This document shows positions 9,150 to 17,641 of a stretch of DNA of 38,003 bases, piece by piece; positions within the stretch are counted from its first letter, which is position 1; each line of letters begins with the position of its first letter. A model generated the notes under the pieces. The model searched no databases and had not been told where the DNA came from. It saw only the letters and a program-made list of their open reading frames with translations. The position numbers and the translations under genes are program-made. The stretch comes from an uncultured Halobacteria archaeon. GTDB taxonomy: Archaea > Halobacteriota > Syntropharchaeia > Alkanophagales > Methanospirareceae. The stretch is taken from the NCBI GenBank assembly GCA_964522635.1, contig CAZFWT010000005.1:6885-44887 (forward strand). Reading direction: 5' to 3'.

Positions 9150-10121
9150 ATGACACTCAAATTGACAGAAGAGCAAAAGAATAAACTGCGGCAGTATTTA
9201 GAGACCAACGGTTTTTCATTCGAAACTCGACCATATCAGGAATTTTTAGCACGAAAAGATACTGTTGTCGTTAATCTCTATACTAGCGGTAAAGTCGTGT
9301 TCGGTGGCAGCAACAAAGCGGGGATTCAGGAAATAAAAGATTTCTTGTTATCAATAGGTTCTGTGGAAGTGACGGAAAAAGAAAAGGAATATCCGCCTAT
9401 AGAGGTAGCAGGCACCAGAATAGGCACAGATGAAGCTGGGAAAGGTGATTACTTTGGGCCGTTAGTAATTGCAGGTGTTTTGATCACGGAAGATAAGGAA
9501 CAGGAATTATCCAAACTAGGCGTCAGAGATTCTAAAACGCTTCGTGAGAAAACTATTTCAAATCTGGCTTTTGATATCAGGCGAATACTAAACAGAGAAG
9601 ACTATGAAGTCATCTGGATCAGTCCCGCTACATACAATATTTTATATCAAAAATTGGGTAATCTGAACAGTATTTTGGGATGGGGTCATGCAAGAGCGAT
9701 AGAAAATTTGTTGAGCACCGGAAAGTACTGCAAAGTGGCAATCGCTGATCAGTTCGGAGATCAACGTTACATTGAAAATGCCTTGATGAGAAAAGGAAGA
9801 GAAATAGAATTACTTCAAATGCCAAAAGCTGAGCGTGATTTAGCTGTTGCTGCAGCTTCTATAATAGCACGAAATACGTTTGTTTGTAAACTAAGAGAGA
9901 TTGGTGAAAGGTATGGTACGGTATTCCCAAAAGGGTCTTCGGATGTCGTGGAGTTTGGAAAGCAGTTCGTAAAAGATTACGGTGTAGATGCACTGTTACA
10001 TGTTGCTAAAATTCATTTCTCTATAACGCGAGAAATTACAGGTGGTTTTGTCCCCCACGTTAGGGAAGATCTCAAGACCGAATTAGATGTTGGGCCTGAG
10101 AACCAAATGAAAACGAGATAG
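9150..10121 (+). CDS. rnhC: Ribonuclease HIII
   Basis: N-terminal TBP-like domain (NLYTSGKVVF) plus IGTDEAGKGDYFGPL, GVRDSK, DQF and VAAASIIAR. Confidence 0.92.
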   Translation: MTLKLTEEQKNKLRQYLETNGFSFETRPYQEFLARKDTVVVNLYTSGKVVFGGSNKAGIQEIKDFLLSIGSVEVTEKEKEYPPIEVAGTRIGTDEAGKGDYFGPLVIAGVLITEDKEQELSKLGVRDSKTLREKTISNLAFDIRRILNREDYEVIWISPATYNILYQKLGNLNSILGWGHARAIENLLSTGKYCKVAIADQFGDQRYIENALMRKGREIELLQMPKAERDLAVAAASIIARNTFVCKLREIGERYGTVFPKGSSDVVEFGKQFVKDYGVDALLHVAKIHFSITREITGGFVPHVREDLKTELDVGPENQMKTR

Positions 10122-10188
10122 AATATGCACGCTTATCGAGATGAAAATCATCTATAGCAGCACGTAAGTGCTAGAATAATTAGTAAAT

Positions 10189-10758
10189 ATGAACAAACTC
10201 AAGACAGTATACGTAGCCAGCAGAAACGACTGGCGTGCTTGGCTCGAGAAACATTTTGATACAGAAAAAGAGATCTGGTTGGTCTATCCCAAAAAATCTT
10301 CTGGCAAGCCACGCATCTTGTATAACGACGCTGTGGAAGAAGCATTGTGTTTCGGTTGGATTGACAGTACTGTGAAGAGTATTGACGAAGAGAATAACGT
10401 CCAACGCTTCTCGCCAAGAAATCTCCAAAGTCACTTCTCGCAAGCCAACAAAGAGCGGTTAAAATGGCTTCTCAAAGAGAACATGCTGCATCCCTCAATG
10501 CAAGATATTGCTGAAAAAGTTCTTAATGAGGATTTTGTTTTCCCGCCTGATATTATAAAAGCAATAAAAGATGATACGGTGGCATGGGAAAATTACCAAA
10601 AATTTTCGCCTTCATACAAAAGAATCCGCATCGCTTATATTGACGCGGCACGAAAACGTCCCGAGGAATTTAAAAAGAGGCTGGCACATTTTATTGAGAA
10701 GACAAGAGAGAATAAGCAAATCGGGTTTGGAGGGATAGAAAAATATTACTCGTTGTGA
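10189..10758 (+). CDS. YdeI/OmpD-associated family protein
   Basis: WRAWLEKH, AVEEALCFGWIDS, RFSPR...S..NK and a C-terminal OmdA-like region. Confidence 0.9.
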   Translation: MNKLKTVYVASRNDWRAWLEKHFDTEKEIWLVYPKKSSGKPRILYNDAVEEALCFGWIDSTVKSIDEENNVQRFSPRNLQSHFSQANKERLKWLLKENMLHPSMQDIAEKVLNEDFVFPPDIIKAIKDDTVAWENYQKFSPSYKRIRIAYIDAARKRPEEFKKRLAHFIEKTRENKQIGFGGIEKYYSL

Positions 10759-10889
10759 AAACTGAGTTCAAGAAATGCAGCCCTCGGCGTAACGCTTGAC
10801 TTCAGGTGCAAACGGCACTGAATAGCAAGACTATTCGCATCGACAATGACCGAAAAGCTTAATTGCACGTTCGTAACTCAATCTATCAC

Positions 10890-11078
10890 ATGCAAAAAGA
10901 ACATAAAATGCAGGGAAGTGGCCCGGCAGGTGCTTTCTATTTCCTCGGGTTTATCGGAGCGGCAGTGTATTTTATCGGAGAGGCAACAACATTCTGGATG
11001 GGCGTGCTCGGATTCTTGAAGGCGATCGTTTGGCCGGCTTTTTTGGTCTATGGATTGCTCAACTATGTAGGGATGTAG
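10890..11078 (+). CDS. Small conserved-looking membrane protein
   Basis: Y.LGFIGAAVYFI..A.TFWMGVLGFLKAIVWPAFLVY; ATG 10890 lies about 30 nt after a TATA-like AAAGCTTAATT. Confidence 0.75.
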   Translation: MQKEHKMQGSGPAGAFYFLGFIGAAVYFIGEATTFWMGVLGFLKAIVWPAFLVYGLLNYVGM

Positions 11079-11086
11079 GTCTCGAT

Positions 11087-11268
11087 CGGGCAACGGGGTG
11101 GTAGCTCATACTCAGGTCGCCTCTGACCCACGGTGAACGACCGCATCCGCGGGTCGGAGAGACCCCTCAAGCTCACGCTCCTGGCGGGCGAGTATAAACA
11201 GGCGGATACTCGGAGCGATCGTATTCAGGACGTACGAACACCTACTCTTTTCGCGAGTCCCCCCGTCC
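11087..11268. ncRNA. Unassigned ~180-nt structured RNA or miniature element
   Basis: Closing stem ACGGGG/CCCCGT enclosing four hairpins; fills the gap between convergent genes; no family recognised. Confidence 0.45.
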
Positions 11269-11274
11269 AACGAA

Positions 11275-11559
11275 CTACTCCTTACCACGCATGCCCTTTA
11301 TCATATCGAGGAGTTTCTCGCTGTAAAGCCCCTGCTGATAATGAATCGGGCAGGGGAATTCGGGGCAGCGCGTGCAATGGTCCACCTGATTCTTGATCGC
11401 GCACTCAAGAATGAAGCAGGGATGTCCAACAGCCACGGTGAACTTTTCCAGCTTCTCCTGAGCAACGGGATCGGTCCCCGGGACACAGCCGTCGATGGGG
11501 CAGAATCCTTGCTCCCGCAGGCCGCAAACTTCACACGCTAACCCACATGCGCTCGGCAT
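11275..11559 (-). CDS. DUF3795-like Cys-rich metal-binding protein
   Basis: CGL.C..C, C..GC, C.I..C and C..C.EFPC pattern; GGAGGTGA RBS. Confidence 0.85.
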   Translation of the reverse strand: MPSACGLACEVCGLREQGFCPIDGCVPGTDPVAQEKLEKFTVAVGHPCFILECAIKNQVDHCTRCPEFPCPIHYQQGLYSEKLLDMIKGMRGKE

Positions 11560-11692
11560 TTGGCACTCACCTCCATTACTTCTACTATCAAAAAGAGTCC
11601 TATTAAAGGATACTGCTCAAGGGGGAAAGTTATTAACGCCAGGCGCGTACCTAGATGCATAACAGCGTAACAGCTGAAGATACCGAACGATT

Positions 11693-12964
11693 ATGTCCCC
11701 GCTCCTCATTTTCCTTCTCGCCTTGGCTCTGATCCTGGTGCTCACCACGACATTCCGTATCCATCCCTTTCTGAGTTTGTTAGGTGTTTCGATCTTCGTG
11801 GCGATCGCGGCAGGGCGGCCGTTTGAGAGCCTGGAATCGCTCTTAACGGGCATGAGCCGGGTGCTGTATCAGCTGGGGATCATCATCGTCTGCGGCAGCA
11901 TCATCGGCACGATCCTGGAGGGTACCGGCGGTACAACGGTTATTGCCGATGACATCATCCGGCTCACGAAGAAACCGGTTCTTGCCCTGAATGTGCTTGG
12001 ATTCCTCGTGGCATTGCCGGTGATGTGCTGCATCCTCGCCTATATTATCTTGATCCCAATCGCACGCGAGATTGCCACCAGGCAGAAGATACCCCTGGGC
12101 GTGGTCGCGACCTCGCTGAGCCTGGGCACACTCGCCTCCTATGAGCTCGTCTATCCCGCACCGGGCGTGTATTCCGCCGCGACCGAACTCGGGGTGGTTG
12201 GCACGGAAATCGTATTGCTCGGCGTCTTGATCGCGATTCCCACGTCACTGGTCGGCTACTGGTACGCGCAGCGGTTCTGCAGGGTCGGAGCGATCCCCGT
12301 GAGCGCGGTTGGCGCGGTCCGAGAGCGAGCGAGCAGATTACGGGCTTATCCGCCCATCCTCGTGCCCGTAGTGCTCATCTTCGCGCATCTTCTCGTTCCC
12401 ATACCCGTGCTGGAATTCCTTGGGAATCCGAATATCGCGCTCTTGATCGGCGTTTCACTCGCCTTTCTTTCCACGACCCGTTTTGGTCAGGACAAACGTA
12501 ACCTCTGGACCAGTGAAGCGGTACGACGAGGTGGCGGGATCCTCATGGTGCTCTGCGCAGGCGGTGCGTTAGGCGCGGTCCTGGGAATGACCGGAGTCGG
12601 TCTGGAGCTCTGCGCGGTGGTTATCGAGTCGGGACTGCCCGCGCTCTTCATTCCCTTCCTGGTCGCCGTTGCGATCCAGACCGTGCAGGGCTCGCGGCTC
12701 GTCACGTTCATCGTCGTCCCCGGTCTCCTGGCGCCGATTTTACCGACGCTGGGCTTGCATCCGGTGCTCATATTGTTCTCCATGGCTTCAGGCACCTTCA
12801 TGATCTCGCACGCGAATGACGCGTACTTCTGGACGGTGGTTGAGCTTGCCGGGCTCACGCCGGCGACTGGCTATCGCTGCTACACTCTGGGCGGGATGGT
12901 ACTCGGGGTGATGGCTCTCGGCATAACGCTTCTCCTGCATTTCTCGGGCATGTTTGCGGCGTAA
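11693..12964 (+). CDS. GntP family permease
   Basis: IHPFLSLL, G..LE.TGG, QGS..V and SHAND.YFW motifs; multi-TM. Confidence 0.9.
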   Translation: MSPLLIFLLALALILVLTTTFRIHPFLSLLGVSIFVAIAAGRPFESLESLLTGMSRVLYQLGIIIVCGSIIGTILEGTGGTTVIADDIIRLTKKPVLALNVLGFLVALPVMCCILAYIILIPIAREIATRQKIPLGVVATSLSLGTLASYELVYPAPGVYSAATELGVVGTEIVLLGVLIAIPTSLVGYWYAQRFCRVGAIPVSAVGAVRERASRLRAYPPILVPVVLIFAHLLVPIPVLEFLGNPNIALLIGVSLAFLSTTRFGQDKRNLWTSEAVRRGGGILMVLCAGGALGAVLGMTGVGLELCAVVIESGLPALFIPFLVAVAIQTVQGSRLVTFIVVPGLLAPILPTLGLHPVLILFSMASGTFMISHANDAYFWTVVELAGLTPATGYRCYTLGGMVLGVMALGITLLLHFSGMFAA

Positions 12965-13095
12965 CGATACGAACATCACGAACTCACTGGTGCAGCGTGA
13001 AGCGTAAGAATTTCTATATGCCACGAACTATTTTAAAAAATGCTCTGAGAAGCTAATTAAGGACACAAAGAAAGTGTTCACAGAGTGTCGGTGAA

Positions 13096-14451
13096 ATGGA
13101 TATCCGGGTACGAAAGATCTACGAGGCGTTGTTCGCGCTTGAAGAGCTGCGTGAGCTTTATCGGCACGCATTACCGACCGGCCTTGACGACCAGGAAGAA
13201 GCGCACTTTTCAGACCGTGTTGCGCACCTCGAGCAGCTCATACAGGAGTTGAAGGCGGGCAGGGGCACCCCTATCAAGCAGGTCACGCCAGACCTCGAAT
13301 TGCGGACACGCGAAGAGGAGTTCATCAATATCAATCCCATCCAGGCCGGTGGACGTTTGACGCCGGACGCGCGCAAGGCGCTCATCGCCTATGGTGATGG
13401 CTATTCAGTCTGTGACCGGTGCCTGACGGGCCGGCTGGACGAGATAACGCAGCCGCCGATCGCTGAATTTCACGCCGACCTGGCTGAGTTTGTGGGCATG
13501 GACGATGTACGGGTGATGCCCGGTGCGCGTCGCGGCTTTCAGGCCGTTACGTCCTCACTGGTGGAGAGCGGCGACGTCGTCATCGTCTCGGATCTGGCGC
13601 ATTACACGGAATTCCTGGCCGTCGAGCTCGCGGGTGGCGTTATCCGCGAAGCCGCCTCGGGTGATGAGCACGTTATTACCGGTGAGGCGGTCGCCGAAGC
13701 GATCGAAGGGGTGAAGAAAGAGACGGGGAAGCTGCCGAAGCTCATTATCATCGAGCTCGTGGATTACAGTTACGGGAACGTGCACGATGTCGCAGGCGTT
13801 GGCAAGGTAGCACGGGATTACAGCATCCCGTTCCTCTGTAACGGCGCGTATGCCGTGGGGATGATGCCCGTCAACGGCAAGGAGATCGGTGCGGATTTCC
13901 TCGTCGGCTCCGGGCACAAGGGAATGGCTGCCGTTGCCCCCTCCGGCATCCTCGCGACGACAGCGGCATGGTCGTCCACAGTGTTCAGAGGCAGCAGTAT
14001 CATGGGTGACAGCACCGGGAGGAGCTTCGAGAACAAGGAGCCTGAGCTGCTCGGGTGCACCTTGATGGGCGCGCCGGTTCTCTCGATGATGGCCTCCTTT
14101 CCCGCCGTGAAGGAGCGGGTGCAGCACTGGAACGAGGAAGTGAAGAAGTCGAATTACTTTGTTCGCGAGTTTCTCCGCATTGACGGGAACAGGATCCTGA
14201 GTGAATATCCACGCAGGCACACACTCTCACGGGTGGATACGCGTGCGAGCTTCGATCAAGTCGCGAAGACGCATAAACGCCGGGGCTACTTCCTCAGTGA
14301 CGACTTAAAGAAGCGGAAGATCGTGGGTGAGTTCGCGGGCTCGACCCGCGTGTGGAAGCTGAACACGTACGGATTGAGCTGGGAGCGCGTGCAGTATCTG
14401 AGCGCTGCGTTTCTGGAGATCGCGGAAAAATACGGGTTGAAGATCCACTGA
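13096..14451 (+). CDS. pscS: O-phospho-L-seryl-tRNA:Cys-tRNA synthase with an extra N-terminal helical domain (SepCysSN type)
   Basis: NINPIQAGG, GDGYSVCDRC, GSGHK (PLP lysine) and LLGCT; about 60-aa N-terminal extension. Confidence 0.93.
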   Translation: MDIRVRKIYEALFALEELRELYRHALPTGLDDQEEAHFSDRVAHLEQLIQELKAGRGTPIKQVTPDLELRTREEEFININPIQAGGRLTPDARKALIAYGDGYSVCDRCLTGRLDEITQPPIAEFHADLAEFVGMDDVRVMPGARRGFQAVTSSLVESGDVVIVSDLAHYTEFLAVELAGGVIREAASGDEHVITGEAVAEAIEGVKKETGKLPKLIIIELVDYSYGNVHDVAGVGKVARDYSIPFLCNGAYAVGMMPVNGKEIGADFLVGSGHKGMAAVAPSGILATTAAWSSTVFRGSSIMGDSTGRSFENKEPELLGCTLMGAPVLSMMASFPAVKERVQHWNEEVKKSNYFVREFLRIDGNRILSEYPRRHTLSRVDTRASFDQVAKTHKRRGYFLSDDLKKRKIVGEFAGSTRVWKLNTYGLSWERVQYLSAAFLEIAEKYGLKIH

Positions 14452-14469
14452 TTCTGCGTGAGAAGATCT

Positions 14470-14487
14470 AACGTAAGATCTTACGTT
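14470..14487. promoter_or_regulatory. Perfect 18-bp palindrome upstream of the radical SAM gene
   Basis: AACGTAAGATCTTACGTT abutting a TATA-like TTTGTAAA about 30 nt before ATG 14523. Confidence 0.55.
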
Positions 14488-14522
14488 TTGTAAAGCACGG
14501 CTCATATGAAGAAAGATCAGAT

Positions 14523-15575
14523 ATGCGAAACTGCATCCTCTGCGGGAAGGAGAACGTATCAGCAGCGTTGCAGGTCTGCGTCGATTGCATTCGTAGCGGC
14601 CGAAAAGAAGCGTTAGAGCTCGCTAGGGGGGCGCATGCGCGCATCAGAGCGCAGTACCGTCTCCCGGCCGAGCCGCCGCGAAGCGAAGGTGGGATACGCT
14701 GCACCGTTTGCGCGAACGAGTGCAAGGTGGCAGAGGGCGAACGAGGCTACTGCGGGCTGCGAGCGAACGTGAACGGTAAACTAAAATCGGCAGCGCCCCA
14801 TGACCATGCGATCCTATATTCCTATATCGATCCGCTGCCGACGAACTGCTGCGCGGCGTGGTTCTGCCCAGGCTCCTCGCAGTACGGTAAGGTGAATGTT
14901 GCGGTCTTCTTCTACGGGTGCAACTTCAACTGCCTCTTCTGTCAGAACGCATCGCACAAAGAGTTCCAAACAATCAAGTCCGTGAGTGTCAAAGAGTTCG
15001 TTGCAGGCGTGACCCAGCGTGACGATGTCCACTGTATCTGTTACTTCGGCGGCAGCCCCGAGCCGCAGCTCCAGTTTGCACTGCGCGCTTCTGAGGCCGT
15101 TCTCACGAAGAGGAACGTGCGGATCTGCTGGGAATGGAACGGCTGCGGCAACAAAACGTTAGTGAAACGCGCGGCTGAACTCTCGGTCACCAGCGGCGGG
15201 ATCGTCAAGTTCGACCTCAAAGCCTTTAACCCGCAGCTGGGCGAAGCACTGAGCGGTGTTTCCAACCAGCGCGCATACGAGAACTTCGAGATGATCGCAC
15301 GCCAGTATTTCGAGCACTCCGTGCCGCCAGTGCTCACCGCGACTACGCTGCTCGTGCCGTTTTATGTTGACGAGAAGGAGGTGGAGGAGATCGCAAAGTT
15401 CATCGCGAATCTGAACCCTGAGATACCGTATTCACTGCTCGTCTTTCATCCTGATTTCTATATGCGCGATCTGCCGATCACGCCGCGTGAGCAGGTGAAA
15501 CACTGCTACGAGGCGGCCAAAAAATACCTGGATAACGTGAATATCGGTAATCAGCAGTTGCTTGGGGTGGTGTAA
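14523..15575 (+). CDS. Radical SAM protein (PFL-activase-like / AmmeMemoRadiSam-related)
   Basis: CNFNCLFC (CxxxCxxC), N-terminal Cys clusters, GYCGLR.N and DPLPTNC. Confidence 0.9.
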   Translation: MRNCILCGKENVSAALQVCVDCIRSGRKEALELARGAHARIRAQYRLPAEPPRSEGGIRCTVCANECKVAEGERGYCGLRANVNGKLKSAAPHDHAILYSYIDPLPTNCCAAWFCPGSSQYGKVNVAVFFYGCNFNCLFCQNASHKEFQTIKSVSVKEFVAGVTQRDDVHCICYFGGSPEPQLQFALRASEAVLTKRNVRICWEWNGCGNKTLVKRAAELSVTSGGIVKFDLKAFNPQLGEALSGVSNQRAYENFEMIARQYFEHSVPPVLTATTLLVPFYVDEKEVEEIAKFIANLNPEIPYSLLVFHPDFYMRDLPITPREQVKHCYEAAKKYLDNVNIGNQQLLGVV

Positions 15576-15723
15576 TCACCCAGACCCTGCCTGTAGCAGA
15601 CCGAGGGACCCTGAATTAGTATGAGCTGTTCGAGGTTGTTACGCGCATGAAGCACAGGATATTCTTCATGAAAAATGAATGATTCACAGCGAACGTACGT
15701 AACAGAAAGGTGATGAGAGAGAC

Positions 15724-17007
15724 GTGTTGAAACGGGCTCTGGGGCTCTGGCACATAACGTTGATGGGTATCGGGGTTATTCTCGGCGCGGGCATTTATGT
15801 GATTATCGGGGAGGCTGCAGGACTCAGTAGCAATGGTTTGTGGCTCTCTGTCATGCTTGCTGGTGTTGTCGCCGCGTTAACAGGGTTAAGCTATGCCGAG
15901 CTTTCTTCTCGATTCCCTGAAGCAGGTGCGGAATACGTGTATATCGAGAAATCCTTTGGTGATACGTCCGCATGGCTTACCGGCTGGTTGATCATCGTGG
16001 GCAGCGTCATTGCGGCTGCGGCCGTTGCGGTTGGATTCGCAAAGTACTTCTCCGCCCTTTTCCATACCTCTATCCCGGTGATCGCGGTCGCGACGCTGAT
16101 CGTCTGCGGTATCATTCTCATTGCGGGGATAAAAGAGACGGCATTCATAACCATTCTATTCACGCTGATTGAAGCGAGCGGTTTGATCCTCATCATTTTC
16201 ATCGGCGTCCCGTATTTCGGATCAATCGACTATCTCGATCTGACGCGGGGCCTGAACGGGGTTATAGAAGCGGGGGTATTGATATTCTTCAGTTACATCG
16301 GCTTCGAGAACATAGCGAGGCTGGCAGAAGAAACCAAAGAGCCGGAGAAGAACATACCGCGGGCAATTATGCTCTCCCTCGGTATCACTACCGTTATATA
16401 CGTCCTTGTTGGGGTAGCCGCGTTGAGTGTTGTTTCGTGGCAGGAATTGACACAAGCGGAGGCACCACTTGCATTGATTGCACAGCGTGTGTATGGCGAT
16501 CGTCTCGCGCTCGTGTTATCGGTTATTGCCCTGTTTTCAACCTTCAATACCGTGCTGGTAACGCTCCTCAGTGGCTCGCGGCTTATCTACGGTATCGCAG
16601 CATATCGAGCCCTGCCAAGGATCTTCCTCTCGACCGCGGAGAAACTGCAGACACCGTGGATTGCGATCATAGCGGTCGTCGGTGTGTCTATACCCTTCGT
16701 ATTTCTTGGTGATTTGGCGACGATCGCCAATCTCGCGAACTTCACGATCTTTATCATTTTCATCATGGTCAATGCTTCGGTCATCTATTTCAGGTACAGG
16801 CACCCGGTGGAAACCGGCTTCAAAACGCCGCTCACCATCGGTCGATTCCCGGTTTTACCATTTATGGGTCTGCTAACAACGCTCTTCATGCTGATTTATT
16901 TACCGATAAACGTGCTCAGCTTGGGGTTTGCGCTCGTTATTCTGGGCTTACTTATCCACCTCGCTCTGAAAATCCACGTTAATGAAGCATTGTTCCGTGA
17001 GCGGTAA
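15724..17007 (+). CDS. APC family amino acid permease
   Basis: G.ILGAGIY, SYAELSSRFPEAG and FSYIGFE..ARLAEETKEP. Confidence 0.92.
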   Translation: MLKRALGLWHITLMGIGVILGAGIYVIIGEAAGLSSNGLWLSVMLAGVVAALTGLSYAELSSRFPEAGAEYVYIEKSFGDTSAWLTGWLIIVGSVIAAAAVAVGFAKYFSALFHTSIPVIAVATLIVCGIILIAGIKETAFITILFTLIEASGLILIIFIGVPYFGSIDYLDLTRGLNGVIEAGVLIFFSYIGFENIARLAEETKEPEKNIPRAIMLSLGITTVIYVLVGVAALSVVSWQELTQAEAPLALIAQRVYGDRLALVLSVIALFSTFNTVLVTLLSGSRLIYGIAAYRALPRIFLSTAEKLQTPWIAIIAVVGVSIPFVFLGDLATIANLANFTIFIIFIMVNASVIYFRYRHPVETGFKTPLTIGRFPVLPFMGLLTTLFMLIYLPINVLSLGFALVILGLLIHLALKIHVNEALFRER

Positions 17008-17307
17008 GATCTCCGTTGGTTCTTTTAGACCTCCTTTTTACACTGTAGAGTCATCAGGTTAGTTACGCGTGAATATCGAGATTCCGCAGTTGCTCGGGCT
17101 GATCCGACGTAATAACTTACAATCCCTTTATTAAGGGAACTATTCGTCTTTCGGAAATTTGAGTTTTATAAATTAGATGACTGCTATGGGGTTTGTGTAA
17201 AATTTTTAAAAACAGATTTTTTGAAGTTTTGAAAAATCAAAAGCGAATATTCATCAAAAATGCTCCGTAAAATCATCTTTTTTAGTTGATCTTGAAGCAA
17301 TCTCCAG

Positions 17308-17613
17308 CTATGCAACTCCACTAAATAACTGATATTTTACTAATAAGGTGGCTATTATGAAAACCGAAACAGAGATATTAATGTTGTCGGTAATGCGTAA
17401 ATTTATGAATATTGCCTTAAGTATATCTCCAGTGAATGCTTCGATCAGTGATCCTGCTACTATTGACAGGACTAGACTCGCAAAAATTCTAATCAGCCAT
17501 TGGATTATCTGGTCTGTAATATTGGGTGGTACATCATACAGAGCTCCAATTATTCCCACTGCAGCGATTACAATAACAATCAGTTTTAATATTCCCGTCT
17601 TGTCTCCATCCAT
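17308..17613 (-). CDS. Hypothetical membrane protein, AT-rich
   Basis: 101-aa ORF with three hydrophobic segments, starting 28 nt after the glnA stop. Confidence 0.6.
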   Translation of the reverse strand: MDGDKTGILKLIVIVIAAVGIIGALYDVPPNITDQIIQWLIRIFASLVLSIVAGSLIEAFTGDILKAIFINLRITDNINISVSVFIIATLLVKYQLFSGVA

Positions 17614-17641
17614 TATTATAATGATATATTTATTGAAATCG

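Noticed and set aside
11076..11277. Pyrrolysine read-through of either TAG into the structured element (PYLIS-like), or a SECIS role
   Set aside because: Read-through adds only about 10-16 codons before the next stop, and neither flanking gene has an in-frame TGA
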